Shown here in pieces: positions 37,694 to 48,000 of a stretch of DNA of 64,000 nucleotides. This DNA is from a virus, in IMG/VR virus record IMGVR_UViG_3300032006_000003, positions 18,757 to 82,756 of that record, one strand, 5' to 3'. The notes under the pieces were generated by a model. It saw only the letters and a list, made by a program, of their open reading frames with translations. It was not told the DNA's origin and ran no database searches. The position numbers were made by a program, and so were the translations under genes. Position 1 is the stretch's first letter. Every line of letters begins with the position of its first letter.

Positions 37694-38506
37694 TTATAAA
37701 TAACCTTCTCGTGAACGGGAAACTAATTGCATTGTAAAATCCCACCTATCTTCTTTAGCAGCATTTAATTGAAATCGTGCCTGTTGAATGGCTACTTGAT
37801 AAATACCACCACCTGTTGAACCATGTGTATGCGAACCAGAGCCATGAGTATGTGTTAATAATTCATGGTGTTCGGCGGCTCCGACTTCTAACTCTAAATT
37901 TATATCGTTTTCCGCAACTAATGTATATATATGATCCTCTAATTTATTTTTATATGGAATATAGTAATTTAAAGTTTGCCCCGTATGTTCTACAACAGAA
38001 GCATTAGCATAATTACTTTGAAATCCACTAGTTACGGTTATATTACCCGGTCTTACTGCAAGATCAGGATTACCTTTGGCGGGAGCAATTGAACTTATAG
38101 TTCTTGGATTTGATGTATCTCCATTAATAATAATCGAGTAGCCTACTTGAAGTCCATTAACATTTGCTACAGAGCATGTTACACCAGTTCCAGACGCTGC
38201 TGTAAGGGTAGTCGCTACATGTTTATTTGTATGGGGAATAATTTCCATTCCTTCAAAATCAATTACGCTATCTCCTCCTGTTTTAGTAGTATTTGTATTA
38301 ACTGATGACCCATCAACTATTCCAGTTAAGGTAATTGATGGACGAAACATACCAATATCTAGTAGTATTGGGGATAGTCGTGCTACTGGAATTTGAATGG
38401 GTGTCTTTGTAACTTGAACAGCTACATCAGAACATTTTAATGCGTAACGTATTTTAGTTGCTAATGCATGAGGACCATTTCTAAATAAAACTGCTATATC
38501 TGCCAT
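37694..38506 (-). CDS. Putative distal tail protein
   Basis: Directly after the tape measure gene; ITLTG..WDFTMQL pattern. Confidence 0.55.
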   Translation of the reverse strand: MADIAVLFRNGPHALATKIRYALKCSDVAVQVTKTPIQIPVARLSPILLDIGMFRPSITLTGIVDGSSVNTNTTKTGGDSVIDFEGMEIIPHTNKHVATTLTAASGTGVTCSVANVNGLQVGYSIIINGDTSNPRTISSIAPAKGNPDLAVRPGNITVTSGFQSNYANASVVEHTGQTLNYYIPYKNKLEDHIYTLVAENDINLELEVGAAEHHELLTHTHGSGSHTHGSTGGGIYQVAIQQARFQLNAAKEDRWDFTMQLVSRSREGYL

Positions 38507-38515
38507 TAAATTCTC

Positions 38516-40180
38516 CTATCTTAATACGTTACTGGCATCTACTTCAACTCTATGCCCCGCCGCAATTAATTCCGTATAATGATTAAAAGATTCTGCCCAA
38601 GACATTTGATAATATTGTTCAGGACCATGTCCCATCGGACCTCCGAATTGTACTGTAAATGTTACGTTACCGGGTGTAACCTCACCTCCCGGAACCCACG
38701 GTTTTTGTCCTGAACCTACATATTTCCAGATATTTGCCATAGACGCTACGCCCAAATCTCCTGTCCCTCCAAAGGCCATTCTCCATGCCATATCCCATAT
38801 ACCTGATTCTTTATTTATACCTTCTATACCTACTTCTGTACCAGCAAAACTTTGCATTTGATTCATGAATTTACCAGCCCAATTCTGCATATAATTTGGA
38901 TCATTTAACTTTTCAGGAGTTAACAGTTGAAATTGGCGATTTAATTCATCTTGCATTCCTGCATAAGCACCGCCAAGACCTATCATCGCTGGAAGTAACG
39001 CCATCATCATCATAGGACTTCGTGATTTACCAAAGGCGATATCAGTTGCTCCTTCCGCATAACGTAAAAATTTCATGGCTTGTAGGGAATCGACCATGTC
39101 TACTCGACCTTCAGGAACACCAGCAGCTTGTATTGCATCAGCTATTAGCTTTCTTTCATGTTGATCTGCCAACCATTCCTTACCAATTTTATATGCACCG
39201 CCCATTATTGCGAAAACTTGTCCTGCCCTTCCTAATTTAGCTAATGCTCCTGCTCCTGCTTTTGTATAAATATTAACTCTCTTCCCCTCAATTTCTCTAA
39301 AACCTAGCGAATAATCTCTTGCTTGTTTAGTTAAATTGGCTAAACCCGCAGGAATTTTGCCTCCCATAATAGCTTTTTGACTTAGTCCGCCCCATGAAGC
39401 TACTTTTCGTCCTGTATCCGCTATACTAGTCACAACTTTCCCAACTCTACCTGATTTACCTACATCCCCAGCAGCATCCGCAGTAGCAGAGGCCGCTTTC
39501 CCTAATCCGGGAGAAGCTGCCCATTTCAATGCTCCCCACCCTAATCCAATAGCAAGCGGAGCGATTTTAAAAGAAAGTTTTCGCATCATAGCCAAGGCGA
39601 TTATTCCACCAATCGTGGACCAACCGGGATGATCTCCCATCCATTCAGTTATGCCTGCTACTAGACCTTTAGCAAACCCTAGTCCATGATCGTCCATCCA
39701 ACCCTGCATCTTCTGACTAAGAATTTCCATTCCTGATTCCCAACCGCCCGCAAAAACAGTTCTTAACCAATTCCACAGAGGAGTTAATATTTCGACTAGC
39801 CGATCAATTTTTTTCTGCGCCCAATCTGCAACAACAGGAACTTTACTTGCAAGCCATTGCATAGCAGGAATTAAAATAGGCATTAATGGAGCCAACATAA
39901 CGTCAACCATTGCTCCAAAAATTTGGAATAAAGAACCTACATAGCTAGTAAAAATCTGAGATTGTTTTAACATAGACTTTAAACTGACTTCAATTCCCAT
40001 CTGTTTAAAGAAGCCTGTTAAAGGAGGAACACGGTTTTGTATTTCTCTCTGTACATTTTTAAGTCCAGCCTGTATTTCGGCTGGCATGTCACCGGGAACT
40101 GCTGGGGACCCACCACCGTTGGCGACCGCCGCAGCCCCTTCGGACTGAAACTTAATAAAATACGTTGCACCTGATGCCAT
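38516..40180 (-). CDS. Putative tape measure protein
   Basis: Follows the frameshifted chaperone; Ala/Gly/Met/Trp-rich helical 554 aa. Confidence 0.7.
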   Translation of the reverse strand: MASGATYFIKFQSEGAAAVANGGGSPAVPGDMPAEIQAGLKNVQREIQNRVPPLTGFFKQMGIEVSLKSMLKQSQIFTSYVGSLFQIFGAMVDVMLAPLMPILIPAMQWLASKVPVVADWAQKKIDRLVEILTPLWNWLRTVFAGGWESGMEILSQKMQGWMDDHGLGFAKGLVAGITEWMGDHPGWSTIGGIIALAMMRKLSFKIAPLAIGLGWGALKWAASPGLGKAASATADAAGDVGKSGRVGKVVTSIADTGRKVASWGGLSQKAIMGGKIPAGLANLTKQARDYSLGFREIEGKRVNIYTKAGAGALAKLGRAGQVFAIMGGAYKIGKEWLADQHERKLIADAIQAAGVPEGRVDMVDSLQAMKFLRYAEGATDIAFGKSRSPMMMMALLPAMIGLGGAYAGMQDELNRQFQLLTPEKLNDPNYMQNWAGKFMNQMQSFAGTEVGIEGINKESGIWDMAWRMAFGGTGDLGVASMANIWKYVGSGQKPWVPGGEVTPGNVTFTVQFGGPMGHGPEQYYQMSWAESFNHYTELIAAGHRVEVDASNVLR

Positions 40181-40811
40181 TAACGCATACTCCTTGCTTG
40201 CTGTTGCTGTTGACGTTCCTCTATTGCTAGTTCAACGCCTAATATAACTGCGATATCCGTTTCTCCTAGTTCCTCTATCTTATCCCACGGAATACCTAAT
40301 CTCAACAATTTTAGTATTACCGTCCAATACTGAAATACTAAGCCCTCAGTTTGAGAAGTTCCTTGTACTCCCGCAAGAAAAACTAGGACTCGTCTTTTAA
40401 ATTGTCAATCTGTTCTAAACCTCCTGCTTCTGTATCATCTCCACCAAATGCTTTTGGTACGACTTCTTCCAAGGCTCCTCCTAATCGTTCATCAATTGAA
40501 AGTAGAAAACTTTCAGTCGTCTTTCCCCACGGAGCATCAACAATCATTTCTCGTAAACACATTCGTACATAGGCATCTCCATCAAAAGATGTTTGTCCAT
40601 CAGTTCCCCACTTAACCGCCTTTGAAAGAATTTGATTCCGTCTAGCCCATGAAAGCTTTTTAACTTGTACTTCAAATGTTTCTTTTGTATCCTCTATTGT
40701 AAGAGTCTGTGTTTCTGGTGTCGTTGTAATTTGGTAATTTTTAAAATCAAAGGGTTTCCCTATTTCCTGTGCTTTAAAATTTTCCTGTGCTGTTTGCTTT
40801 TCTTCTGCCAT
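40180..40811 (-). CDS. Tail assembly chaperone G (40383..40811) with -1 frameshift product GT extending to 40180
   Basis: Slippery T TTA AAA at 40401-40395; the -1 frame stays open to a TAA overlapping the tape-measure ATG. Confidence 0.8.
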
Positions 40812-40828
40812 CTAGTCCTCCTCATAAT

Positions 40829-42712
40829 CTATGGATAAAAATATTCTGAATCTGAAATTTTAATTTTTAAATTTGGAACCATAAAGTTAACTGATTGTTC
40901 CATTGGATTGGCCCCATCTACATTAATGGGAGCCGCTGTTAATATTGCACCTTGATTTAATCCTCCTTCTCCTTCTGCTCCATCACTTGGAATCTGAATA
41001 GAGATTTGATCCGCCGAGTTATTGGCTCGTTGGAATATTAAACTAATTGTAACACCTTCTAAGTTAGTATAGTTACTTGATGTTGGGTGATCACTAGCCT
41101 GCATTATTTCTTTAAACAAGCTATGCTGAGTCGCAGACACGAAATCTGCTGAATCAGGCAATCCAACTGTCGCCGTCATACTATAAGTACGTTGCCCTTC
41201 AAAAATCTCTTTAGGTCCTCTATTATCATTTCCTCTCTGTTCAACATAATATTTTGGTTCTAATGCATTAGATATATCTAATGAGAAGTTTTGAATCCTT
41301 CCGACTGTAGTTCCAAAGAACTTAATCTCCCCCTCTGAAAAATAGTATGGTTCTGTAGTGGGCAAATATCTTCCATCCACATTTGAACTTCCACTTAATG
41401 CTGGTGATCCAATATCTGTCTTTGCAATATCATGCATAAAGGTAAAGCCTCTAACATTTTCTGATGATGTAAGCTGTCCTGTATTTGAACCAGAACTATC
41501 AGAAAGGGCTATATTATGATTCATTCCTAAGAAAGAGGACGCATTCCAATCGCATGTAATTAAACCCCCTGCATCTGCACTTAATGTAAGCCCGTCTATT
41601 TTACCGCCATAATATCTTCTTTGGAAAGCATTAGCCCCCTCATCATCCTTTACATTAACATTCCACGCAAGAGAGGGTAATTTAACGTCTTCCATTAGAT
41701 GGTGTACGAAGGTTGCTCCAGAAGCAGCTATGCTTGTTGTTGTCCCACTATTCGATCCACTTTCATGATCAAAGAATAAAGGATAGTTAAGTCTAATAAA
41801 TGCATCGTGTGCTAGGGTTCCTCCTCCTGAAACAACTCGACGAATTTCTTGTCGAGCATCTGCTGTTGGAGTGGCTGATCCAGTTAATTGAGTCGAGCCT
41901 GCCGCCCCATTTCCTCCAAGACAGAGTGTTGCCCCATTAGCAATCGCAACTGTGCCTGTACCACCCGTAGCTTTTACTTGTACCATTGGTGATCCTGCGG
42001 TTCCTACTATTCCAGCACAATTACTAATTGCAGACGGAGCAGCCGCTGGTACAGAAATTACTTTACCTAAAGGAAAACGAAGAGGGAATCCGTTTAACAA
42101 TACCATACCTGATACAGAACCTGAATAAGCTTGCTGTCCTTTATAGTATTGGTATACATTACGATTAGTATTTTGTCCTAAAACGTATCTCTGATCAAAA
42201 GATTCTTCAACGTCAGGGCAATCTACAGAGTCATAAACACCGGGAAACCATGTTATATATCTATCAATATCAGGTCCTCCATAATTAGAGGATTCTGCCT
42301 GTGATTGAGCCGTTAATCCAGCACTATAATCCATGTTGCGAACAACTGCCCCAATTCCATGAGGAAAGGCTACAGGAGGATCGACTGTAACTGAGGTTCC
42401 ACTTACATGTGTAACTCTACGTACTTCAGGAACAGAGTAATGAGTTACCGCTCCTGATGTAACCTGATTCGCTGTGGTAGCTGTAGAATCAATAATAATG
42501 AATCGTTGATCTAAGTCTGATCCTGAAACATGTGATCCTTTTAAACTACCCGCAGATGCTAACGTAAGAACAGTATCTCCCGGATTTGTTGCCTCAGTAA
42601 GAGTAGTAGTTAACGTAGAACCTGACGGTAAAGGCGTAGCTAACTGCGCTTCAGGCGGTCCTTCACCCGCTGCGAATGTAAATTGTGCTTGATCACTTCG
42701 ATATATAGCCAT
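40829..42712 (-). CDS. Major tail tube protein with inserted domains
   Basis: 627 aa before the chaperone; YYGGKIDGLTL, IQNFSLDISNAL and EGQRTYS tube-like motifs. Confidence 0.75.
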   Translation of the reverse strand: MAIYRSDQAQFTFAAGEGPPEAQLATPLPSGSTLTTTLTEATNPGDTVLTLASAGSLKGSHVSGSDLDQRFIIIDSTATTANQVTSGAVTHYSVPEVRRVTHVSGTSVTVDPPVAFPHGIGAVVRNMDYSAGLTAQSQAESSNYGGPDIDRYITWFPGVYDSVDCPDVEESFDQRYVLGQNTNRNVYQYYKGQQAYSGSVSGMVLLNGFPLRFPLGKVISVPAAAPSAISNCAGIVGTAGSPMVQVKATGGTGTVAIANGATLCLGGNGAAGSTQLTGSATPTADARQEIRRVVSGGGTLAHDAFIRLNYPLFFDHESGSNSGTTTSIAASGATFVHHLMEDVKLPSLAWNVNVKDDEGANAFQRRYYGGKIDGLTLSADAGGLITCDWNASSFLGMNHNIALSDSSGSNTGQLTSSENVRGFTFMHDIAKTDIGSPALSGSSNVDGRYLPTTEPYYFSEGEIKFFGTTVGRIQNFSLDISNALEPKYYVEQRGNDNRGPKEIFEGQRTYSMTATVGLPDSADFVSATQHSLFKEIMQASDHPTSSNYTNLEGVTISLIFQRANNSADQISIQIPSDGAEGEGGLNQGAILTAAPINVDGANPMEQSVNFMVPNLKIKISDSEYFYP

Positions 42713-42755
42713 AATAAGTTCCCCCTATTAGTTTCTTGACCTATTATATATTATA

Positions 42756-43214
42756 CTAGGTTTCGAGTAAAACCATTTGATTAACAACCTGTAAGCTTGC
42801 TATACCATGCCATAGATTTACTTGCTGTTGTGTCTCTTCATTAAAAGCTTCAAATTGTAATCGTTGAAAGTTTGTTAATGAATGTCTTCTTGCATGGCAA
42901 ATACGTCTTACTTCTCGCATTAAATTATATAATTGTTGCCTACTTTTTCGTGTATAAATTTCCATTGATATATTATAAGTTCGATTTCCATATAACCAAT
43001 TACCGATAGGTTCTTCTTCAAAAGAAGGAGAACCGGGTCTTGTAACTATTACATCCCCTCTATTTAAATCAAATCTAATAGGGTCAGCTACATTATCTGT
43101 GCCTGTCCCCGTTGCCTCTAAAAAAGTGGGGGTAGTATTATCAACATTACCCGTTGTCCATTGAGAATTAATCTCATCTAAAATTTCATTGGTAGGCATT
43201 GGTTCTGTAGGCAT
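42756..43214 (-). CDS. Putative tail terminator/completion protein
   Basis: 152 aa between the neck and tail tube genes. Confidence 0.55.
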   Translation of the reverse strand: MPTEPMPTNEILDEINSQWTTGNVDNTTPTFLEATGTGTDNVADPIRFDLNRGDVIVTRPGSPSFEEEPIGNWLYGNRTYNISMEIYTRKSRQQLYNLMREVRRICHARRHSLTNFQRLQFEAFNEETQQQVNLWHGIASLQVVNQMVLLET

Positions 43215-44350
43215 TAAAAGACCTCAAAAGCTTTCAATCTGTCTAATTCATCCTGAACTTCTAATGACCATGATTCGGCTCTTTGGGCAGCCATAATTCG
43301 GTCTGCTCCACTAACTGTTAAATTACCGAAATCTCCAGATTGAATAATATTTATTGCCGCTAATTTACGAGCCGCTTCGGTAATAATACCTGATTCTCGT
43401 TGATCTACATGGATATCTCGTCCTGCTAAATAGCTAATTTTAATTGGTTGGGTAAACTCTCCACCTCCCCATCTCCATACAGGAGCATTATAAGAAGCGA
43501 ATCTTGCGGGAAGTAAGAAATATCTTGAGAAGTGAACCATTCCTGTATCAGGAACATAGAAGAAATCATTTTTTCTTCCATACTCTTTTTTATCCCATGA
43601 TGCGCCACTCCAAATTTCAACACTTAAAATCTTATAAATATCTGAATTTTGTGGTTTAAAACCATTTAAATTAAATTGATGATATTCATCTGTAATTAAT
43701 GATGGTCGCCATGATTTACGAGTAGTAAAATCAATAAAAGATTGAGCAGCAATAATATAATCTTCTACAGTTTCTTTACTTGGAATTGTTGTTGTTGTAA
43801 AATCAGTTCCTCCTAAAATATTATTTAACTGCATAAATCTAAATACGTCGCCCGTTGTACAATAAGCATTTATAGGACGCATTTGAATTCTTTTAACTGT
43901 CGGATTTGCTGCTACAGTCGCAGCGGTTACTCTGACCCAATATTTAGTTGTACTGTTATGGGCTGTCTGCGCCCATCCAGATAACGTATTAGAAGGGAAT
44001 TGTTCTATACCGTCTTCAGTAAAATCATATTGTTTACCTTCATCATCATCAGGATCAAGATTGTATCGTCCTGATGCAGGAGTAAACGTAGTCCAACCTG
44101 TCCCTGTACCTATAGAATACTGCCATGTTAAGGCTCCAAGACTACCAAAAGTATCTAAATCAAAAATAGCCATATCAAATTTTTCGGCATGACCTAAATA
44201 GAGGTAGTGGGCTGCACTATCAAAAATATCAAAGGTTGTTCCTGCTGGAGATTGTGCCTCCAAAGTCACATCCGTATAATTGCTAGATGCAGTCCCTGCC
44301 CCATCCCAATTAAATATGGTGTCAAAAAATAAGCTTGCTGATGAAGCCAT
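43214..44350 (-). CDS. Putative head-tail adaptor with extra N-terminal domain
   Basis: C-terminal half AYCTTGDV..IIAAQSFIDFTT..IKISYLAG..EAARKLAA resembles gp6/gp15-type connectors. Confidence 0.6.
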   Translation of the reverse strand: MASSASLFFDTIFNWDGAGTASSNYTDVTLEAQSPAGTTFDIFDSAAHYLYLGHAEKFDMAIFDLDTFGSLGALTWQYSIGTGTGWTTFTPASGRYNLDPDDDEGKQYDFTEDGIEQFPSNTLSGWAQTAHNSTTKYWVRVTAATVAANPTVKRIQMRPINAYCTTGDVFRFMQLNNILGGTDFTTTTIPSKETVEDYIIAAQSFIDFTTRKSWRPSLITDEYHQFNLNGFKPQNSDIYKILSVEIWSGASWDKKEYGRKNDFFYVPDTGMVHFSRYFLLPARFASYNAPVWRWGGGEFTQPIKISYLAGRDIHVDQRESGIITEAARKLAAINIIQSGDFGNLTVSGADRIMAAQRAESWSLEVQDELDRLKAFEVF

Positions 44351-44358
44351 ATCCCCTC

Positions 44359-44625
44359 CTACGTAGTATTTACAGGATATTCAGTACTTCTCTCTAACTC
44401 ATCTTCTACTATAACTGCTTCTTCCGTTTGAACTTCTTCTATTGGCTCTTCTTCAGGGGGTAATTTTCCTCGCAAATACATTGCCACCCCATTTAAATTC
44501 TGTATCTGTGTAACTAAATTTTCTCGTGCTGAGTTCATTTTGTTTAATTCTTCAACTAACTTAGTTAGCTGATCATTTACAGCATTCAAATCATTCTGCA
44601 CATCTACTTCATTCATCGTGGTCAT
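44359..44625 (-). CDS. Small coiled-coil protein
   Basis: 88 aa; GGAGG SD. Confidence 0.6.
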   Translation of the reverse strand: MTTMNEVDVQNDLNAVNDQLTKLVEELNKMNSARENLVTQIQNLNGVAMYLRGKLPPEEEPIEEVQTEEAVIVEDELERSTEYPVNTT

Positions 44626-44720
44626 TCAAAACCTCCTATACTCTACTTAGCTGAGAACCAATCGTTCTCTATATTATTATACCATATATATTTATATTTA
44701 TTACTAACTACCAAAAATTA

Positions 44721-45083
44721 TTATGATGCACCTAAATCTTCTCCACAGTCAGAACATTTAGTCGCATCATAATTATTCAAAGTAACTATACCATCTTCTA
44801 TCCTACATTTATTAGGACATACTATTTTAAAATCCGTATTCTTCGTCCAATTGGAACCATCAAACTTATACTTATTTCCTACCCAATCTGCGGGTTCTGT
44901 GACCCCTGTATATTTAGTTGTGTTACTAGTCGTCATGGAAAGAATAACAAGTTCTTCTGTAAGTTCATATTTATCTTCTGAAGTAGGAGAAACTACTGTT
45001 TCCGTACTACTGATAGTAATAGTTCTACCATCATTAAATACATAATGAGATATACCTGTAGCTGTATCTACTAATGTTTGCAT
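44721..45083 (-). CDS. Putative tail-fibre assembly/accessory protein with C-terminal zinc ribbon
   Basis: PADWVGNKYKFDGSNW; CPNKC..CSDC; follows a fibre gene. Confidence 0.5.
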   Translation of the reverse strand: MQTLVDTATGISHYVFNDGRTITISSTETVVSPTSEDKYELTEELVILSMTTSNTTKYTGVTEPADWVGNKYKFDGSNWTKNTDFKIVCPNKCRIEDGIVTLNNYDATKCSDCGEDLGAS

Positions 45084-45098
45084 AAAAAACCTCCTATA

Positions 45099-48000
45099 CT
45101 ACCTAAATGCCCAACCTTTTGAACCGTCTACTAGTAGCTTAGTAGCTGATATTGCTCTCCCCACATATAGCGAGGCTTGATGCATATCTGGCAGACCATT
45201 TGCATAAAGAGTGCCGAACTCATTCATAAAATAATGTTGTCCGATTGCTAGACCAGACTGCTGCTCGTTAACGCCTCCCTTAATCGTAACGGTAACCGTA
45301 TTACCAGCAGTTACATTACTGGCATCTGCTCCAAATCCTACAAACATTCCAGACAATGTCCCATAATTATCAAGAGGGGCAGTTGTACCAGAAATCTTCA
45401 TCATCCATATACCTGTCGTTCTTCCAGCATAAGTACCAAATCGGGACTCACTAAGGTCCCCTCTTGATGGATTACCAGCAGTAGTAGTCGAAGCTATAAC
45501 AACCCTACTTCTATCTGGATCAAAATCATGCCCTATACTCCCCAGACCCTCATGTTCACCCTGTGCATAAGGATTCAAAAATAAATCAGCAGTATCTACG
45601 GAAGTATTTGGAGATGCCACCACCCATCCACTATTGTAAGTCATACGTTTTGTATATTTTCCTCTCTGGTTACTCCAAGCACCATTTCCCGGAAGCACAC
45701 CACCAGATGGCGCACCAGAATTTCTACCACTTATTACCATCATGGTATTTGTAGTTCCTGTATACACCAGACCCAGCATGCCTGAATCTCCAGCACCCCC
45801 TCCTGCAACACTATTTGCGACAGCACCTTCAGAAGTTGAGTTATCACTACCTATAGCTACAGGAATCAGATAGCTTTGGTATGAACTATAGCTAGCAAAA
45901 ACGAAAGCCCATCCCGGCGTTCCAGTATATACCGCTACGTGAGGTCTAGGTTGAGACGATCCCCAATGACCAATAGTTATGTTAGAAATAGTAGTGCCGC
46001 TTGTTCCTATATCGAAGCCAAATTTAAACGCATAATAACCAAACACACACATCTGTTTACCGCCACCAGAATGGGTTGACCGCATCCATACCCCCGGTTT
46101 TTCATTGTAACTTGCCTGATTATATAGATTAGTTTCGCTTCCTGCTGTAATACCATGAGCAGCACCCTGAGTCTCATTCCAAGCAGTTCCAAAATCTAGC
46201 ACCCTAACTTTAGTGTAGTAACTGCCTCCCGTATAACTAATTATTCCTCTATGATCCGAACCACTACTAGCATCAGCAAACATAGTCTTATAATAATTAA
46301 CGCTACCTGTAGAAATACTCAACTCAGAACTAGCTACAACAGTAGTAGGATTTGTAGCTTTAGGTTTAAGTAAAAACACTACTGTTTCACTAGTAGAAAC
46401 AGTTATGGTAGCCACCATCTGTTGCCTAGTTTCTAAATACTGCAAATGTATACTATAACCATATAGAGAACGATCAGAGGTTATACGCATCTCTGTGCCA
46501 AAAGTAATATTATCGTTTGCATCAATCTCAAAAGGTACAGCAAATATTCCTTGATTAACCCCACCGTCCCGTACATCCTCTCCGTTTGAGGCGGTATATT
46601 TGGTAAATATCATTACATGAATATTTGTTTCAGTATCATAGGCAATTTCAGGCGATCTTATAGCATAAGTAGACTGAGTTTCAGGATAGCTATACATTAT
46701 TGGAGGAATATAATCCGCTCCAGTAGTAGTATATTCAACTGCCTGACCGCTACTATTTACCCCTACAGCCATTCCCGGTGTAATAGTCTGACCACTAGCA
46801 ACGGTTAATTCTATAGTCCCGCCGCCACCGCCAGCAGCATCTTCCCATGTAGCATCTCCATTAGCATCTGAAGTTAATACTTTATCCGCTCCGGGTGAAC
46901 CACCCTTAATTTTTAAAGTCCCAAACACAGTAGTTTTAGTAGTAGTACCAGTACCAGCAGTTGATGGACTTTCTATAGCTAGAGCGGGAGCCATAACTCC
47001 AACCGAATCAGCTACTTGCATTAATATATCTGCGCCATCTCTATCTGAGTGTTGATAGCTAGCCATCCTGAAGTCTATGAAGGCTTCTCCACCATTCGTT
47101 CCAGTTCCATGATGTAGATTTTGCGCCCCGATTCTTGCAAACACATCTCCTGCGGTTTCACCATCTCCTATTACCTTAACGATAGAAGCAGTATCATTCG
47201 AACCTTGAATAACGTTCAAATTTCCATTGACATCCACATTACCATTAGTGTCTATCTTTAAAGCGTTTGCTGTACTTCTTTCAGGTCGTAAGTAAGCATA
47301 TCCAGTAAAGTCCCAATATGTACCGCTGTTATCCGCAGTCAGTTCTATTGTTTTACCAGACCCACCCGACATCTGTAATTGCAATAAGTCAAAAGAAGAC
47401 CCGTCTCCTTCTATCTGTAATGGACTAGTTAAATCAATTCTATTGACGTTACCGTTGTGCCATATTTTCATATCGCCGCCAGTACCAAATAATGCGTTAG
47501 CACCGTCTACAAACTCTAATCCGTTATCAGAAGCATCCCAAACTACCTTAGATGTTCCGCTGTTAAAGAGTCTAACATCCCCACTAGGTTCTACTTTGAA
47601 TATGTCAGTACCGCTACCAGCAGAATCTCTTATTTTAAAGCTGTCACCATCATCTCCAAATAATCCTACTTGCATCCATCTAGCGTCATTATCAAATGTT
47701 AGCATTGCATTTGAATCAGCACCAGTTGTTTCGATATCTAGTCCTGCGGTTGATGCAGAAATGATATGTAACATAGCTTCAGGGGTAGTTATCCCACCGC
47801 CTATTGCCACCCTTCCATTAGTGTCAATAATTAATCTATCATTAGTGCCAAGTGCAGATGAATTAGATATTTTAAAATTATCTGAATTGCTGTGGTCTAT
47901 ACCTACAGAATAGTAGATATCGTTAGAACCACCATCAATATTCTCTAACATATAAAGTGTTTTAACGTCACCTGAACCAAGTGTTCTGATTTCCATATGG

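Noticed and set aside
44653-44669. Short hairpin GAGAAC-N5-GTTCTC in the leader of 44359..44625
   Set aside because: Only 6 bp with no U-tract; could be chance
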